A stretch of 64,000 nucleotides of DNA, from NCBI GenBank assembly GCA_016748015.1, contig JAAOMT010000697.1, positions 949,152-1,013,151 on the forward strand, in the 5' to 3' direction. Below the pieces are notes generated by a model that was not told the origin of the DNA, did no database searches, and saw only the letters and a program-made list of their open reading frames with translations. Source of the DNA: Geosiphon pyriformis uo1. Taxonomy: Eukaryota > Fungi > Glomeromycota. Each line of letters starts with the position of its first letter. The stretch's first letter is position 1. Shown in pieces: positions 51,406-64,000 of this stretch. The translations under genes and the position numbers were made by a program.

Positions 51406-52262
51406 TGTTACAAGTGATTCTTCGGTCATTAGAGTAAATAACAAACTCATAACTTGGTGCTCAAGGCTGTTGTCAATGATGAAAATCTGAAGGTGTGTTT
51501 ATCTGAAGGTTTTGGTTAAGTCCTTTGTATAATGAATAGAAATTCAGTGATAATAGTTTTATTTGTAGCTTCCTGAAACTGCAGTTTTGTCAATTTTTTT
51601 CTCGGTGTGATGACCGGTGTTTTTTCTGGTAAACTAATCTCAATCAAGTATCTTACTCTTATTTCTGGGTCTTTTACCAATGTTATATTCTGACGTTAGT
51701 ACCTCACATGTTAATTCTCAATAGAGTTAGTAATAACAATTAAGACAAGAAAATAAAAGAAATAACAAAAAATAAGCCAAGGCAATAAACATGTTAGTAT
51801 TCTGTCAATAGCTGTAATCAAGAGCTATTGGTCCAGTATGGTTATGTATCAATAACTATCAACATGAAATGTTGATAATAGAGAGTAAATTTGGATGGTG
51901 AATGATTTATTTATTTATTATTTGTGAATAGAAGATTTCTAACTAACTGATTCTGCTTTTTCTACTTCGAACGCTACCACTATATATACATAATTAATGT
52001 TCTATGAGATTGCTCATATTTCCGAGTGATGTGCTATAATTTCTTAAGCAATGCTTACATTGCTGAGTGATGTGCTCTAATTTTCTAACATTGCTCTACA
52101 TTGCTGAGCAATGTGCTGTGTTTTCTGATATTGCTCTATATTGTTAAGCAATGTGCCATGATTTTTGACATTGCTCTATATTGCTAAGCAATGTGCTCAC
52201 GTGCTAAATATTATTCTTTTATTAGTCTGTTATTTTCTATATCTGTTTTTTTATGAATAACA
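51406..52262 (-). repeat. 5' LTR of element E
   Basis: TGTTA...TGTAACA on the minus strand, followed by TT-TGGTGCTCCCTATGAGA. Confidence 0.94.
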
Positions 52263-52420
52263 ACATAACCAAAAGATCTTATCAGCATGTTTTATCTTGA
52301 ACTTCCACTAGTCCTGATTGGCTTGTTTGTAAACACTATTTAGATAAGCATCCAAGAGTTCTCCCAAACCAATCACAACTGAAATTGCCTTATGATCCAT
52401 ATTGAAAAATTCTGACACAT
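52263..52420 (-). mobile_element. LINE-2nd internal fragment (end of APE domain) between elements E and G
   Basis: Reads VSEFFNMDHKAISVVIGLGELLDAYLNSVYKQANQD*WKFKIK, homologous to LINE-1st 25635-25770. Joins 34423 across the TSD of E. Confidence 0.9.
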
Positions 52421-53393
52421 TGTTACCAAAGGTTTTTGGTCTCTTTTCTTGAATATTGTTAATGTTGATTTGCTGTGAATTCATGTTTCCAGGAAGTAGT
52501 TGGACCTCCAGTAACTGAATTTATCTTCAAATTATCTCCTATAATTTGAACTACTGGGCTTATAAATGGAATGGCCAATTCTTTGTCAGTTACTTTATGT
52601 AGTTACATTGTAGTAAATATCAACTCTTTCTCAGAAATTGCTCGTCTGGAAGCTTATTAAAAATGTGTAGTTACTTTACTGTAAAAGTTAACTCTTCTAC
52701 AGGAATCTTGTCTGTAGGCTATTCTAATGATTGTAATAAGAAAATAAAAAAAAATCAAAGAAATATAAAAGAAATAGAATTCTGTCAAGGAAAACATTTT
52801 CTATCCAGGCCTGGAGTCACTAACAGATTATTGAAATTAGTAGTTAATCAATTTTAAAATGTTAGTTGTGTTGAGAGAATTTCAAGTGTAATGATTTTAA
52901 GGATTTGGTTTTTGAATATTTAATTTTTATTTGAATGTGTAAAAGGTAATTTGTTCTAATTAAGATATCTAAAATAAAGTATTTATAATAAGATACTATA
53001 AAAAGATACATTTTCTTGAAGAAAGAAGCTCTTCTTTTATACAAATTGTTGTAGTACTAATCTTTGAACTTGCACTTTTCTCTTTGTTACAATTTGGATG
53101 AACTAAAGATACATTTCAGCGAATTACAAGTTATTTCACTGAACTATTTGATTATTTTGGCCAATTTCTATTAATTTTGGCAAATTTTGACTATGTTAAA
53201 TGGTTCAGGGTATTGTGTAATTTGATCATCTTAATTTTTAGAGTACAAATTGAATTATTGATTGAGTAATGATATTTGATAATTTGATTAAATAATAAGT
53301 AATAATTGAAATAATAATAATGTATGCTAATTGATATTAGAAATTATGAAGGTAATTTCATGTTAATTAATAGCTAAAATTCTATTGGTAACA
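52421..53393 (-). repeat. 3' LTR of element G
   Basis: TGTTACC...GGTAACA, homologous to 15201-16172 and 16350-17281. Confidence 0.93.
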
Positions 53394-53404
53394 TAATTTT
53401 CTCC

Positions 53405-54081
53405 TCAAAACTGAGCTCCATCGAAGTCCAAGCACTATCTGTGATGTTAAAATAATGGTCCAAGATAATTGAAGTGATCTGGTCTGAAAATTGTTGAAAT
53501 TTCAGTTTTGTGAGCTTTTCAATGTATTGAATCTTCATTGGATGAAGTATTAGATTTTGTAAGACGTTTTCACAAGTGTTGAATAAATTATAAAGTCTAA
53601 ATGCTGCTCTAAGTTTGTAGCACATGTTTGTTAGTCCAGCTGCTGTCTTGAATTCATTGTAAATTTGTTTTTGTATAGTCTCAAGAGTAATGTTGGTTGC
53701 TTCAAGTTCCAGTTTTTGTTCATAAAGTGCTTTTCCAATATGAAAATATCTATATATGAGAGTATGTTCATTGTTCTGTTTATTAAGAAATAGTAGAAGT
53801 TTTTGTTAAATTGTGATATTTGGTGGAATGTCAATAGGGGTAATTAAAAGGTTTTCTTTCAGTGCTTGCTTCAAAAGTTCTGGTAACCTATTTTCAAAGT
53901 GATCTCTTGTTTTTCTCCTATAAGAGTAATAGTTCTGAGAATTATTTACTATTGGGACTGTGGTTTCTTTCTGAATGTAATTAATTTGACTTCTATTAAT
54001 TGTTATGAATAGGTTAGGAAGTGTTTTCAAGACTAACATTAATTTTTGAAATATTTGTTGAATATTTCGGGGAATGATCAT
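53405..54081 (-). pseudogene. ORF3 of G
   Basis: ATG at 54081. FYYFLIN...LRAAFRLYNLF...IEKLTK. Ends LDFDGAQF-TGA at the PPT. Confidence 0.78.
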
Positions 54082-54222
54082 GATAAAAAAATGACTAACT
54101 AACTAAACAAAAGAATAAGGAAATTATTTTTGGATGTGAGGGTTTTTTATTGTAATTATTTACTATTTTTGTTTTTGTTTTTGTGTTTTTATTAAAAAAA
54201 ATTATTGTAAAAATATGTTGAA

Positions 54223-55607
54223 TTAAGTATTCAAGTTTGGTTGTTGTTCTATTATGATTATTGGTTCTAAATTTCAGGGAATATCTTCAGGATTAATTAA
54301 AAGAGAATGTGTACTAATTTGTGGAATTAGTGATTCAGGATTGTTTCTGGAATGATAGTGTTTCAATCTATTTCTATGTGTAACTTTTGCTAGTACTTTG
54401 TTATCAAGTCTTAACTTGTATGATCTATTGCCTAGAATTTCGTGAATATAAAATGGTCCATCTCATTTATGTTCAAATTTTCCACTCCATTGTTTTTCAG
54501 CCTTAGTTCTGTGTAAGAAAACTTTATTTCCAACTTTAATTTGTTGGTAACTGGTGGCAGTTTGTTGTCATGTCTTTCTTTTTGTAGGGCTTGGGAGTGT
54601 TTAATATGAGTGACTGCTATGTGTCTTTTTTATTCCAATGTGCTAAGGAGAGTGTAGGCTTTTCTTTGGAGTGTTTCTTGGAAGTTTTCTTTATTGATTG
54701 GTTGCATTGGGTATGTTTCCACTATGAAATTAATTGGTAGTGTTGCTGTTCTTTCATAAGTTAAATCAAATGGTGTGTGTTTTGTAGTATCTTGTTTTAG
54801 TATTCTGTATACTAGTAATATTGATGGAATAAAAATATCCCATTCCTGCTTAAAATCTGTTGAGACTTTGGCTAAAGATACACACAATGTTCTGTTGAAA
54901 CATTCTACAAGTTTATTTGTTTGGAGGTGATAAGGTGATGATAGAAGTCTTTTGACATTGAATTGTTCACAAATTTTTTGTATCAAGTTGTTTACAAAAT
55001 GTGTTTTTTGATCAGATAAAAGTTCAATTGGGCATCTATGTCTACAAATAATGTTTTCATAGATGAAATTTGCTACTGATTTTGTGTCTGCTCTTTGGAT
55101 GGCTCTAGCTTTAAGCCATTTGGTGAGATAATCTATTGCAACTGCAATATAACAATTTTCTTGGATTGTGATAAGTAGTGGTCCAATTAAATCAATTCCA
55201 ACTCTGTCAAAAGATTGTTCAACTTTGATTGGATTTAAAGGTTCTGTGGGGTGAGTTTTTTCTCTTTTTTGACAACTATCACAAGATTTTACATATTGTC
55301 AAATGTTTTTTTGCATGTGAAGCCAAAAGTAATATTCAAGGGTTCTTTGGATTGTTTCATCTCTTCTCAAGTGTGCTGAAAATAGATCTGTGTGTATTTT
55401 GTATAGGATTGTTTTTTTTTCATTCTTTTGTACTAATTTGAGTGGTTGGTTTGGGTTTCTACAATTTTTGTAATAGATTTTGTTGTGGTGTATGAAATAT
55501 TGTTTGAATTGGTGTTGTAACTGATGTTTTTTACTTGGAGACCAATTTTCTAATATGGTAAAAGTCTCCAAATAGTTTTTAAGATTGTTGTAATTTCTGA
55601 AATCCAT
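54223..55607 (-). pseudogene. Integrase ORF of G (own ATG)
   Basis: ATG at 55607 (MDFRNYNNLKNYL). rve core at 54630-54986. Ends LEPIIIIEQQPNLNT-TAA. Confidence 0.9.
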
Positions 55608-55661
55608 TGTGTTTTGTTGTTTTGTTGGTAGTAGTAAGTTGTAGTGGAATTGTTGGTGGTG

Positions 55662-56759
55662 TTAATCTTGTCTTATTCTTGAGAGACTATTAACATTGAT
55701 GTGTAGTTTTTCTGGTTTGTGGTGTACAATATATTTGTAGTCTGCTAGGAAATTATTTTATTGAGACTGTTTGGCATTTTGTTCAATTTTCTTTTTATTG
55801 AGCCATTTGAGGCCAATGTTGTCAGTTATGATATCAAATTCTTTTTCATTCTTCAAGTATTGTTGAAAGTTTTTAAGAGCCCAGATGACTGCAGCTGTTT
55901 CTAATTTAGTTGAACCATATTTGAGTTCTGTTGGTTTGAGTGTTCTACTAGTATAAGCAATGACTTGTTTCTGGCTATTTTCATCCAATTGTAATAGGAT
56001 GACACCAAAAGCTATGTGTGAAGCATTAATGGCTAGTTGAAACTGTTTGTTGAAGTCTGGATAAGTAAGAACTGAGGCTGTTATTAATCTTGTTTTGAGG
56101 GTTTCAAAAGTTTTTGTTGTTCCTCTGTCTATTTGTATGACACATTTTTGTTGGTGAGATAATTGAGTGGTTTGGCAATTTCTAAGAATCTTTTGATGAA
56201 TTTTTGATAGTAGAAGGCTAATTCTACAAATCCTCATAGCTCTGTAGTATTTTTGGGAGTTTGGAAGTTTTTGACAGCACTGATTTTTCCAGGATTTGGT
56301 TTGACTCCATCTTTGCTCACAATGTGTCCAAGAAAGATTAAGCTTGTTTTTCCAAAGTGACATTTCTCAATGTTTAACTTTAATCTTGCTTTCCATAATT
56401 ATTAAAAAACTTCTCACAGGTAGATAAGATGAACTTCAAAGCTTGGTAAGTACACATTAGTGTTATCCAGATAGACAACTACTGATTGTCACAAGAGCCC
56501 TTCATATACAACATCCATAAGTTGTTGGAATGTTGTTAGTGTATTGCAGAGTTCAAAAGGCATAACATTGAACTCATAGTTTCCTCCTTGGGTGGTAAAT
56601 GCTGTTTTGGATCAATTTTTTGGGTCTATTTCGACTTGTCAGTATCTACTTTCTAAGTCTAAAGTTGAGAAAAACTTGGTTTTTCCTAAGGCATCCAGCA
56701 TATTATCAATTCTTAGAAGAGGATAGGCATCTCCAATTGTCACACTGTTGAGCTGCTGA
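55662..56759 (-). pseudogene. RT-RNase H of G
   Basis: STLDLESRY, MPFELCN, YLDN, NASHIAFG, AYTSRTL. Ends NSLSRIRQD-TAA. Confidence 0.9.
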
Positions 56760-57588
56760 TGTTACTCATAGAAATATAGGGAATATATATTAGCATAGTT
56801 ATTAGTCAATCAGAAGTAGACATAGTAAAATGTGGAATTCCAGGATTCCTCTTAGAAATTGCAGAATTCTAGGAATTACAGGATTCTCATGAGGAATTGC
56901 AAAATTCCAGAATTTCAGAATTTCTCTCAAAAGAACTGTAGGATTCCTGTTGTGAAGAATTGAAGAATTAAGGAATCTTAATTATGTATATATAGCAGTA
57001 GTATTAGAAGCTGAAAAAGACAGACATCCAAGTTTAAATTTCATCTAGACAACCTTCTAAACACAATAAATAACTATTTGGTATCTCAAACCTAATTCCA
57101 CTATCAACTCTCCATGTTGATAGTAATTGATACTTAACCACACTGGAACAATAGCTCTTGATCACAGCTATTGATGGGCTACTGACTTGCAAAATTGCCT
57201 TGGCTTATTTATGATTTTTTTTTATTTCTTTTTTTTATTTTATTTTGATTTTATTGTTGTGCACTAATTGGTTGAATAAAGTGCTAGATTATTGATGTCA
57301 AGAATTGCCTGATAAAAAACTTCTGTGAAAGGGTAGAACACGTACAGAAGATACAGAATACTTACCAGAGAATTGCTGGCCATCATGCCAAAAGAAGAAT
57401 TGACAGAATTGCAATTCTGGGAAGCTATAGATAAAACAACTATTGAATTTCTGTCTATTATATAAAGAACTCAAACTGAAACCTTCAGATACAAAATCTT
57501 TAGATTAATAACATCAACACAAATAACTTTTAGCACTAAGTTACAGATTTGTTATTTGATTCAACACCTTAAATAATCACTCATAATA
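56760..57588 (+). repeat. 5' LTR of element H
   Basis: Homologous to the A LTRs, including the GGAATTCC/GGATTCC repeats and the TATATATAGCAGTAG box. Confidence 0.92.
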
Positions 57589-57650
57589 TTTGGTGCTCTC
57601 TGTAAGGTATAATCCTACAAAGAACCAGCACCAACAACCTTATCTAAAAA

Positions 57651-60600
57651 GTGGCAGAATCAGAAAATGTCGGAGCAAACCATCTAGGATTTGTGAAATC
57701 CTTATTTCAACATTACTGTCAACATTTGAGATTAACTCATAATCACATATTAGCAGAATTAGCTTTCAATTTCTACATCAATGAAAAGATTGCCTATCTG
57801 TTGGGAACATCTGTGAATATTAAATCAGTAAGAGAAACTTTTTACAATGAATTAATTCAAAACACCAGCCTATCCACAAATCATAATTTTGCATCCATTA
57901 TCACTAATATCAACAAAGAAATTAAACACTACACACAGCAAAGATACCCAATTACTTATACAAATAAAGGCAAAGGAAAACTACAAACACCAGCAGTAAC
58001 ACCTCAAAGGATACAACCACCCACTTGGAAGAAAACTAGAGTTAAGTCACCAAACAACTCATCCTACCACTATACCTCTGAAAGTGTTATCAATATATCA
58101 TCAACAGATGCATCCACATCAAATGCGACATCAACATTTGAACATTTCCCATTTCAAACTAAACAAAGAAAAGAGGATTTACTAGGACTATATGGTGAGT
58201 ATTTTGAAGAATTTAAATCTTGATTGTTAACGCCATCAGGATTTTGATTACTGCCATCTCAACTGAATTTTAGAACCACGAGTCTGTGGAAAATTACTGA
58301 ATCGGAAGGAAAACAAGAAGTAGAAGAGGAAAAAGAATCTGAAGATCATGAATTTACTTACCAAAACCTAATTCTAGAAAACCCAGAAAGTGAAACTCCG
58401 AACTTTCAAACCCAGCCAAATTTAGACAATCAGGAAAATGACACTCCGAATATTCAAACACCACCAAATCAGAACAATTCAAACTCTGAAATAATTAATC
58501 AATACTTATTTCCAGTTATCGTTATTGATCAACCATCTATTGAACCAATTGGCCAGTTCATCCAATCACAGAACCAACAACAACCACCACCAGTACCACT
58601 TCAACAATAACAACAACTTCTACTACCACAGCAACAACAAATGGCTTACACACCCATCACAAAACTTGACAAATTCAATGGTGAAGAAGACAATGCTTAT
58701 GTCTGGTTAAATGATGTAGCCAAAGCCATTACAGCCAATAATTGGAATGATGCTAGAGTGATGCAAGCGATCTTTTATTTTCTCTAGGATACTACTAATG
58801 CATGGTATTAAAGCCTTACTGTCAAACCCCAAAATTTTAATGGATTCAAAACTGAATTCTTGCAGTACTTTAGCAACAATAATAGTATCAACAAATTAGC
58901 CAACACCTTTACAACTATCAAACAAGGAGATACTGAAGCAGTCACTACCTACTTGGAACACTTCCATAGAAATCTATGCCAAATACAAGCCATCTAAGCC
59001 AACTATTTTACAGCATCACAGATTTTAAATCAATTTATTAGAGGATTGCACAGTAGTATCCTACAACAAGTACGTCCAATGCACCTAGTAGACTTTCCAA
59101 CCACAGTCACCTATGCCAGAGATTTTGAAGCAGCTGAACTAAAAGCTAATTACACTTAAGCTGTGAATCTAGCAATGAATAAATCATTTGAATTGGATTC
59201 CAAATTGAAGCAATTCAGTAATTTAATTAATCAGAAATTAGAGGGATACTTAGCTGACAATCGCATGATTTATCAACCTTCTTAATGGAGTAACAATTAG
59301 GAAAATGCAAATTATTTCCAAAATTAATTACGTCTATCATCATTATCCAATCAGTCATGGCAGCCAGAGATGCATGTCTACTACAACTGTGGTAAACAAG
59401 GGCACATCAGAGCCAACTGCCATACTTATAGCAATTCACGATCAGGAAATCAATATAGAAACCCCAATTGCCAGTTCCAGACTTCAAACTATTACCCGAA
59501 TCAAGACCAATACCAACCCACTTATCTGTCTATGATGCACCAACCAATCTATCAACCACCAGTATATTAACCTCTAATTTATCAATTACAGCCACTGGTA
59601 ATTTATCAGCTATAGCCCCAAATAATTTATCAGCCCCAACAACCAATTCAAACACCACTCCAAAACTCCACTCAAATGACATTAGGAAACCCAAGACCTA
59701 GAATTACTCAAAACTGGAAATTGGTGATGGTTGTTCATCAACCAATCTCCAGCTCCTCTTACCAACCACCAGGCTTTTGACAGTGGAATCCAGGTATTGG
59801 TTCCACCCAAAACCCAAACTCTCAGAACTATTTAAGTTTTCTGGTTATCCCAGAAGATGCTACCACCAACAACTCGGAATCCAACCCACCCCAAACAACA
59901 CTCATCAACAATATTCCACCAGCAATGGTCACCAAAAACAAATCTCTCACAGCCATCTTTCTTTTCAAATTGGAGAAAACCATTAACCCACTTTTGTTCA
60001 GTGGAGTAGCACTCGAGGAGAAACTCATCACCACAATATACACTGATGCAAAAGTTGATGATTACTCCATCAAACTGATCCTAGATAGTGGATCAGCTAG
60101 CAGTATCATCACAAGACAACTCATGGATTAATTAGGTCACCAAGTTGATTGTGCTGCCAGCACCAGGATTATTACAGCCAATGGAGTGACCAAAACACCC
60201 ATTGGAGAGATTGATAATTTCTTTATAGAAGTTAACAACATTATAGTACCAATCAAAGTACTTGTCATAGAAGCCACTCAATATCAAGCACTTGTTGAGA
60301 ATGACTGGCTGTTCAAAACCAATGTGACCCTAGATTGGAACACCCAAGAGCTCCAGCTTAGCCAGAATGATTGACACACATGAGTACCAGCCACGTGTAG
60401 CCACTTTAAATCCATCATCACGCCATTACCACCACTTATCAAATTCAAGGAAGAAAAAGTGAAACCCACCTGGGAAGCGTACCAAGTCTTATGGGCCAAT
60501 GTCGACCACAATGAACTGTCACCAATACTCACCTAGGACAACAACAACAACAGAAAGGAGAAAAAAAGAGAAGAACCTACCTGGGAAGCCACCATCAATG

Positions 60601-63600
60601 CTTGAACTGACAACAACCAAAGCGAGATGCCACCAATTCTAGATTGGGAAGAAAAGAACAAGAAAAAAGGGAAAAAAAGAGAAGAAAACATATCTGAAGA
60701 AACCACCACTGCAGAAGGAATAACTAGTGGCTGGGAAAGGGAATACTCATGTGAACCAATAAAAAAGCCGCCATATATATCTCTCAAATGCAAGGACTGT
60801 GAGAAGAAACTGTTCTCAATAGGAGCTTAGATAGCGCCAGACAAAGACTACTGGATGCAAACCCATTACTATTGCAAGCCCTGCCATAGGGAATAATATG
60901 ACTACCCAAAAAGACAAGGCAAGTGGGACAATGAACCATGTCTTGCTTACGGCAAACAATTACTCGACGAAAAAATATGGAACGACATTTCTGGTCGAGA
61001 AGGAATGTGTGACACTTTGTGCCAATACATGATCCTCATCAGTGACTGGGTAAGTCATGGTATGCCCATCACAACAGCATGGCACCAAGCTATATCCTGC
61101 CTAGACAGCTATTTACATAACGAGAACAAGATCTGGTGAATGGCCAATGCCAAAGTAGAAGGCACTTCGCCCAGTGAAATTCTAGAGATCAAGAATAACT
61201 CTCCAAAACCAACAGACATTGTTTTGGTTCTTAACCCAAACACCTTTATCGACTTAGAAAACAGCCCAAAAGAATTCCATGAACACTATTAGAATCTAGC
61301 ACCTATGAGAGAAAAGCAAGAGCAATGCTTAGAAGAAATCAACATCTGATTATGTGACTACTGTTTGATTCCATATGACTTCCAATTCTGTAATAAGTGT
61401 AACCTCATCTACAATCTACTACCATGTATGATCTACACAATCCCCAAAGAGAAAAAACCAATTAGCAGCTGCACATTGAAATCAGAATCACCATTCGATC
61501 TTGATTCAAACTCTAACAATGATGACGATGAAAACACCGGTTTTAGTTTTGTTCAATATGGCAATAATAACAATGACAATTCCCACTTAGATTTAAACTT
61601 CAATTTAAAATATGAACAATATATTGTAATCTCTGACCTCACCAGAGAATTGGAACTAAAATGGTTCAGTGACAATAATGAGGGTATCATGCCAGAATGC
61701 ATGCATAATATTGACGCAGGATTTAATCTAAGATATTCCAGAAAAGACACCATCAAATTGGAACCACATTCGCACACCTACATTGATCTAAAAGTAGCAC
61801 TGGAAATTCTAATAACAACTATGATTCAACTAGCATCTAGGAGTAGTTTAGCAAAAAAAGAAATTAATATAAGAGGAGGAATAATTGACGTGGGATATGT
61901 AGAAAATATCATCGCCATGCTACAAAATGACTCTGAAAAGGCCTATATTATAGAGTCAAATGAGAAGATAGCACAGGCAATATTCCTGCCTCCAGTTAAA
62001 ATAGCTCAGTTAGTTTCAGTGAAAAATAGAGAAAAATTAAGGATAACTATGAGAGGGATACAGGGATTTGGATTCATGGGTAGAATAGACATACCAGTCA
62101 ATATGGCAAAAGAAAAAATTATTGGCCAAGGAGAAATTATCTCAACCAGTCAAACAATTTTCATTCCACTATATAGCTGATACATATTAGCAATAGAAAG
62201 GAAAGAGAAGGAGCAAGAACAGATTTTTAAAACAGAAGCAACCCTTTGTGAATCAGGAGAAATTGGACTTATCAATCTACACATACCAGCCAAAAGCCAT
62301 AACCATATCAAAATTCCCATTTACAACAACACCAGAAATATTGTAGAGATACTGGAAGGAACCACTCTTGGATATTTAACCACAGAAATTGAAGATCAAG
62401 CACCAAGCAGCATTCCAGATTTTCTACAGCTTTGTAGATATGTGAACATTACATCACAAACTATCTATGGACAAAACAAATGTTATCTGTTACAGCCAGA
62501 ACAATTAGAACAAATGAACATAAGAAATCTAGACCCACTTGAACAGATGCAATTAAAGATATTACTCAATAATTTCAATAACATCTTTGTTAGTGAAAAC
62601 AAATTTGGCAGAACTGATATTATCTAGCATTAGATCAAGACTGAAGAGGCAATGCCAATTAAACAGCAAGCATATAGGATACCACCAGCCAGCCATAAAA
62701 TCATTCGTCAAGAAATCAACTGAATGCTTGACAATGAGTTAATTCAGTCATCAATGAGCCCATAGTTGTCACTTATAGTACTCATTCATAAGAAAAATGA
62801 AAAAATTTGATTTTGTGTAGACTACAAGAAACTCAATGGTGTAACTTGTGAAGACAGCTATCTAACTCCATAGATACAAAAACTATTCAATGCTTTCAGT
62901 GGAAACAAATAGTTCTCAATGTTAGACTTGGATAGTAGTTACTGACAAGTAGCCATAGATCCAGCTGACAAAGAGAAAACAGCATTCACCACAAGAAAAG
63001 GGAATTTCGAATTTGAAATAATGCCATTCAGCTTAACCAATGCCCCAGCAATCTTCCAATGGCTAATAGAAATTATGTACACTGGCTTATTGTGGAAATC
63101 AGTAGTTGTGTACTTGGACAACACCAATGTATTTTCAAGAACATTTGATGATCATTTCCATCATCTTCAACAAATATTTGAAAGACTGTGACAAACAGGG
63201 TTAAAACTAAATGCTACCAAATGCTTCTTTGACAAAACAGAACTGAAGTTTCTGGGACATATAGTCAGCAAAAATGGTATCAAGACAGACCCAGACAAGA
63301 TAGAAATAGTAAAGAACTTTCCAGTACCAACCAATGTGACTGAACTAAAATTATTCTTGGGATTTGCAAGCTATTATTGTTACTTCATCAAAAACTTTTC
63401 TAAAATAGCTCAGCCACTCAACTATCTACAAACCAAGAATATGAAATATGAATGAATGAAAATGCAACAAAAAGCTTTTGACATTTTAAGAGGAAAGCTT
63501 ATTCAAGTGCCAGTATTGATCTATCCAGATCACAACAAACCATTCATCATTATTACTGATGCATCAGGTCAAGCATTGGGAGCAGTACTATCTCAGAGAA

Positions 63601-63914
63601 GACCAAATAGAAGAGAACATCTAATAGCATTTGCCAGCCGAGGTTTGATTTCAGCCAAAAAGAACTATGAAACACCAGAATTAGAATATCTAGCAATCTA
63701 TTGGTTAGTTATAAAATAGAAAAAATACTTGAGCCAAAATTTTGAAGTATATATGAATTACAAAGGATTGACATCACTCCAAAAACAAGAATTTGGAGAT
63801 AAAAGACAATCAAGATGGAAAATGGCACTTGCATCATATAATTATACTATACATTATAAAAAGAGAAAAAACAACGGAAATGCTAACGGTTTGTCATGAA
63901 TGAGACAAATCTAA
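57651..63914 (+). pseudogene. Gag-PR-Cys-rich-dUTPase-RT-RNase H polyprotein of H
   Basis: YNCGKQGHIRANC, LILDSGSAS, dUTPase in 61365-62180, RT, TDASGQALGAVL. Ends LS*MRQI-TAA (63912-63914). Confidence 0.92.
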
Positions 63915-64000
63915 ACATTTCAACCCAAAAATATAACAAAACCAAAACAATATTCACGAAAATATAACAAAAGATGAACACACAAAAATATCAACAACTT

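Larger units (their letters stand above)
34424..52262 (-). mobile_element. Ty3/Gypsy LTR retrotransposon E (full length, A-related internal region, dUTPase), containing nested element F
   Basis: LTRs 34424-35240 and 51406-52262, PBS 51387-51403, PPT 35241-35255. TSD atgt/acat (both derivable from ACGT). Confidence 0.95.
52421..56759 (-). mobile_element. Ty3/Gypsy element G (B family), 3' part, interrupted by H
   Basis: 3' LTR 52421-53393 homologous to the B LTR, PPT near 53394-53406, then ORF3, IN, RH and RT. RT is cut at Y|QQLNSVTIGDAYP. Confidence 0.93.
56760..64000 (+). mobile_element. Ty3/Gypsy element H (A-related), 5' part, inserted antisense into RT of G; runs off window
   Basis: 5' LTR 56760-57588 (TGTTACTCAT...), PBS 57591-57607, Gag-PR-dUTPase-RT-RH, IN ATG at 63974. 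Confidence 0.94.

Noticed and set aside
52421-64000. H-in-G as a segmental duplicate of A-in-B
   Set aside because: The insertion points differ (RT start versus RT end) and the A and H LTRs are clearly diverged, so these are independent events.

Overview
Eukaryotic, most likely fungal, repeat-dominated DNA. The intron style, AT content and element types suggest an early-diverging Mucoromycota/Glomeromycotina-like genome; this is inference. One intact host gene, a ~14-15 exon DNA topoisomerase III (TOP3/TOP3A-type, 18322-21761, +), sits in an island between ~90% AT tracts. The rest is a nest of decayed retroelements: six Ty3/Gypsy LTR elements (A 191-10240 +, B <1-17281 -, E 34424-52262 -, F 39619-47292 -, G 52421->56759 -, H 56760->64000 +), one solo LTR (15201-16172) and three RNase H-type LINE copies (one full-length, one split, one 3' end). 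All 7 LTR insertions lie inside other retroelements, and the four with both ends visible show 4-bp TSDs. The main observation is an unusual three-ORF architecture shared by elements of three LTR families. Gag-PR-(Cys-rich/dUTPase)-RT-RNaseH ends at a stop just after RNase H. A 54-65 nt G-poor spacer follows, and integrase restarts at its own ATG as a separate ORF (5 of 5 copies where the junction is visible). A conserved non-Env ORF3 then ends in DF(D/T)GAQ-stop directly at the polypurine tract (4 of 4 copies). Repeats show heavy C->T/G->A decay at CpG and non-CpG sites, while TOP3 keeps its CpGs.
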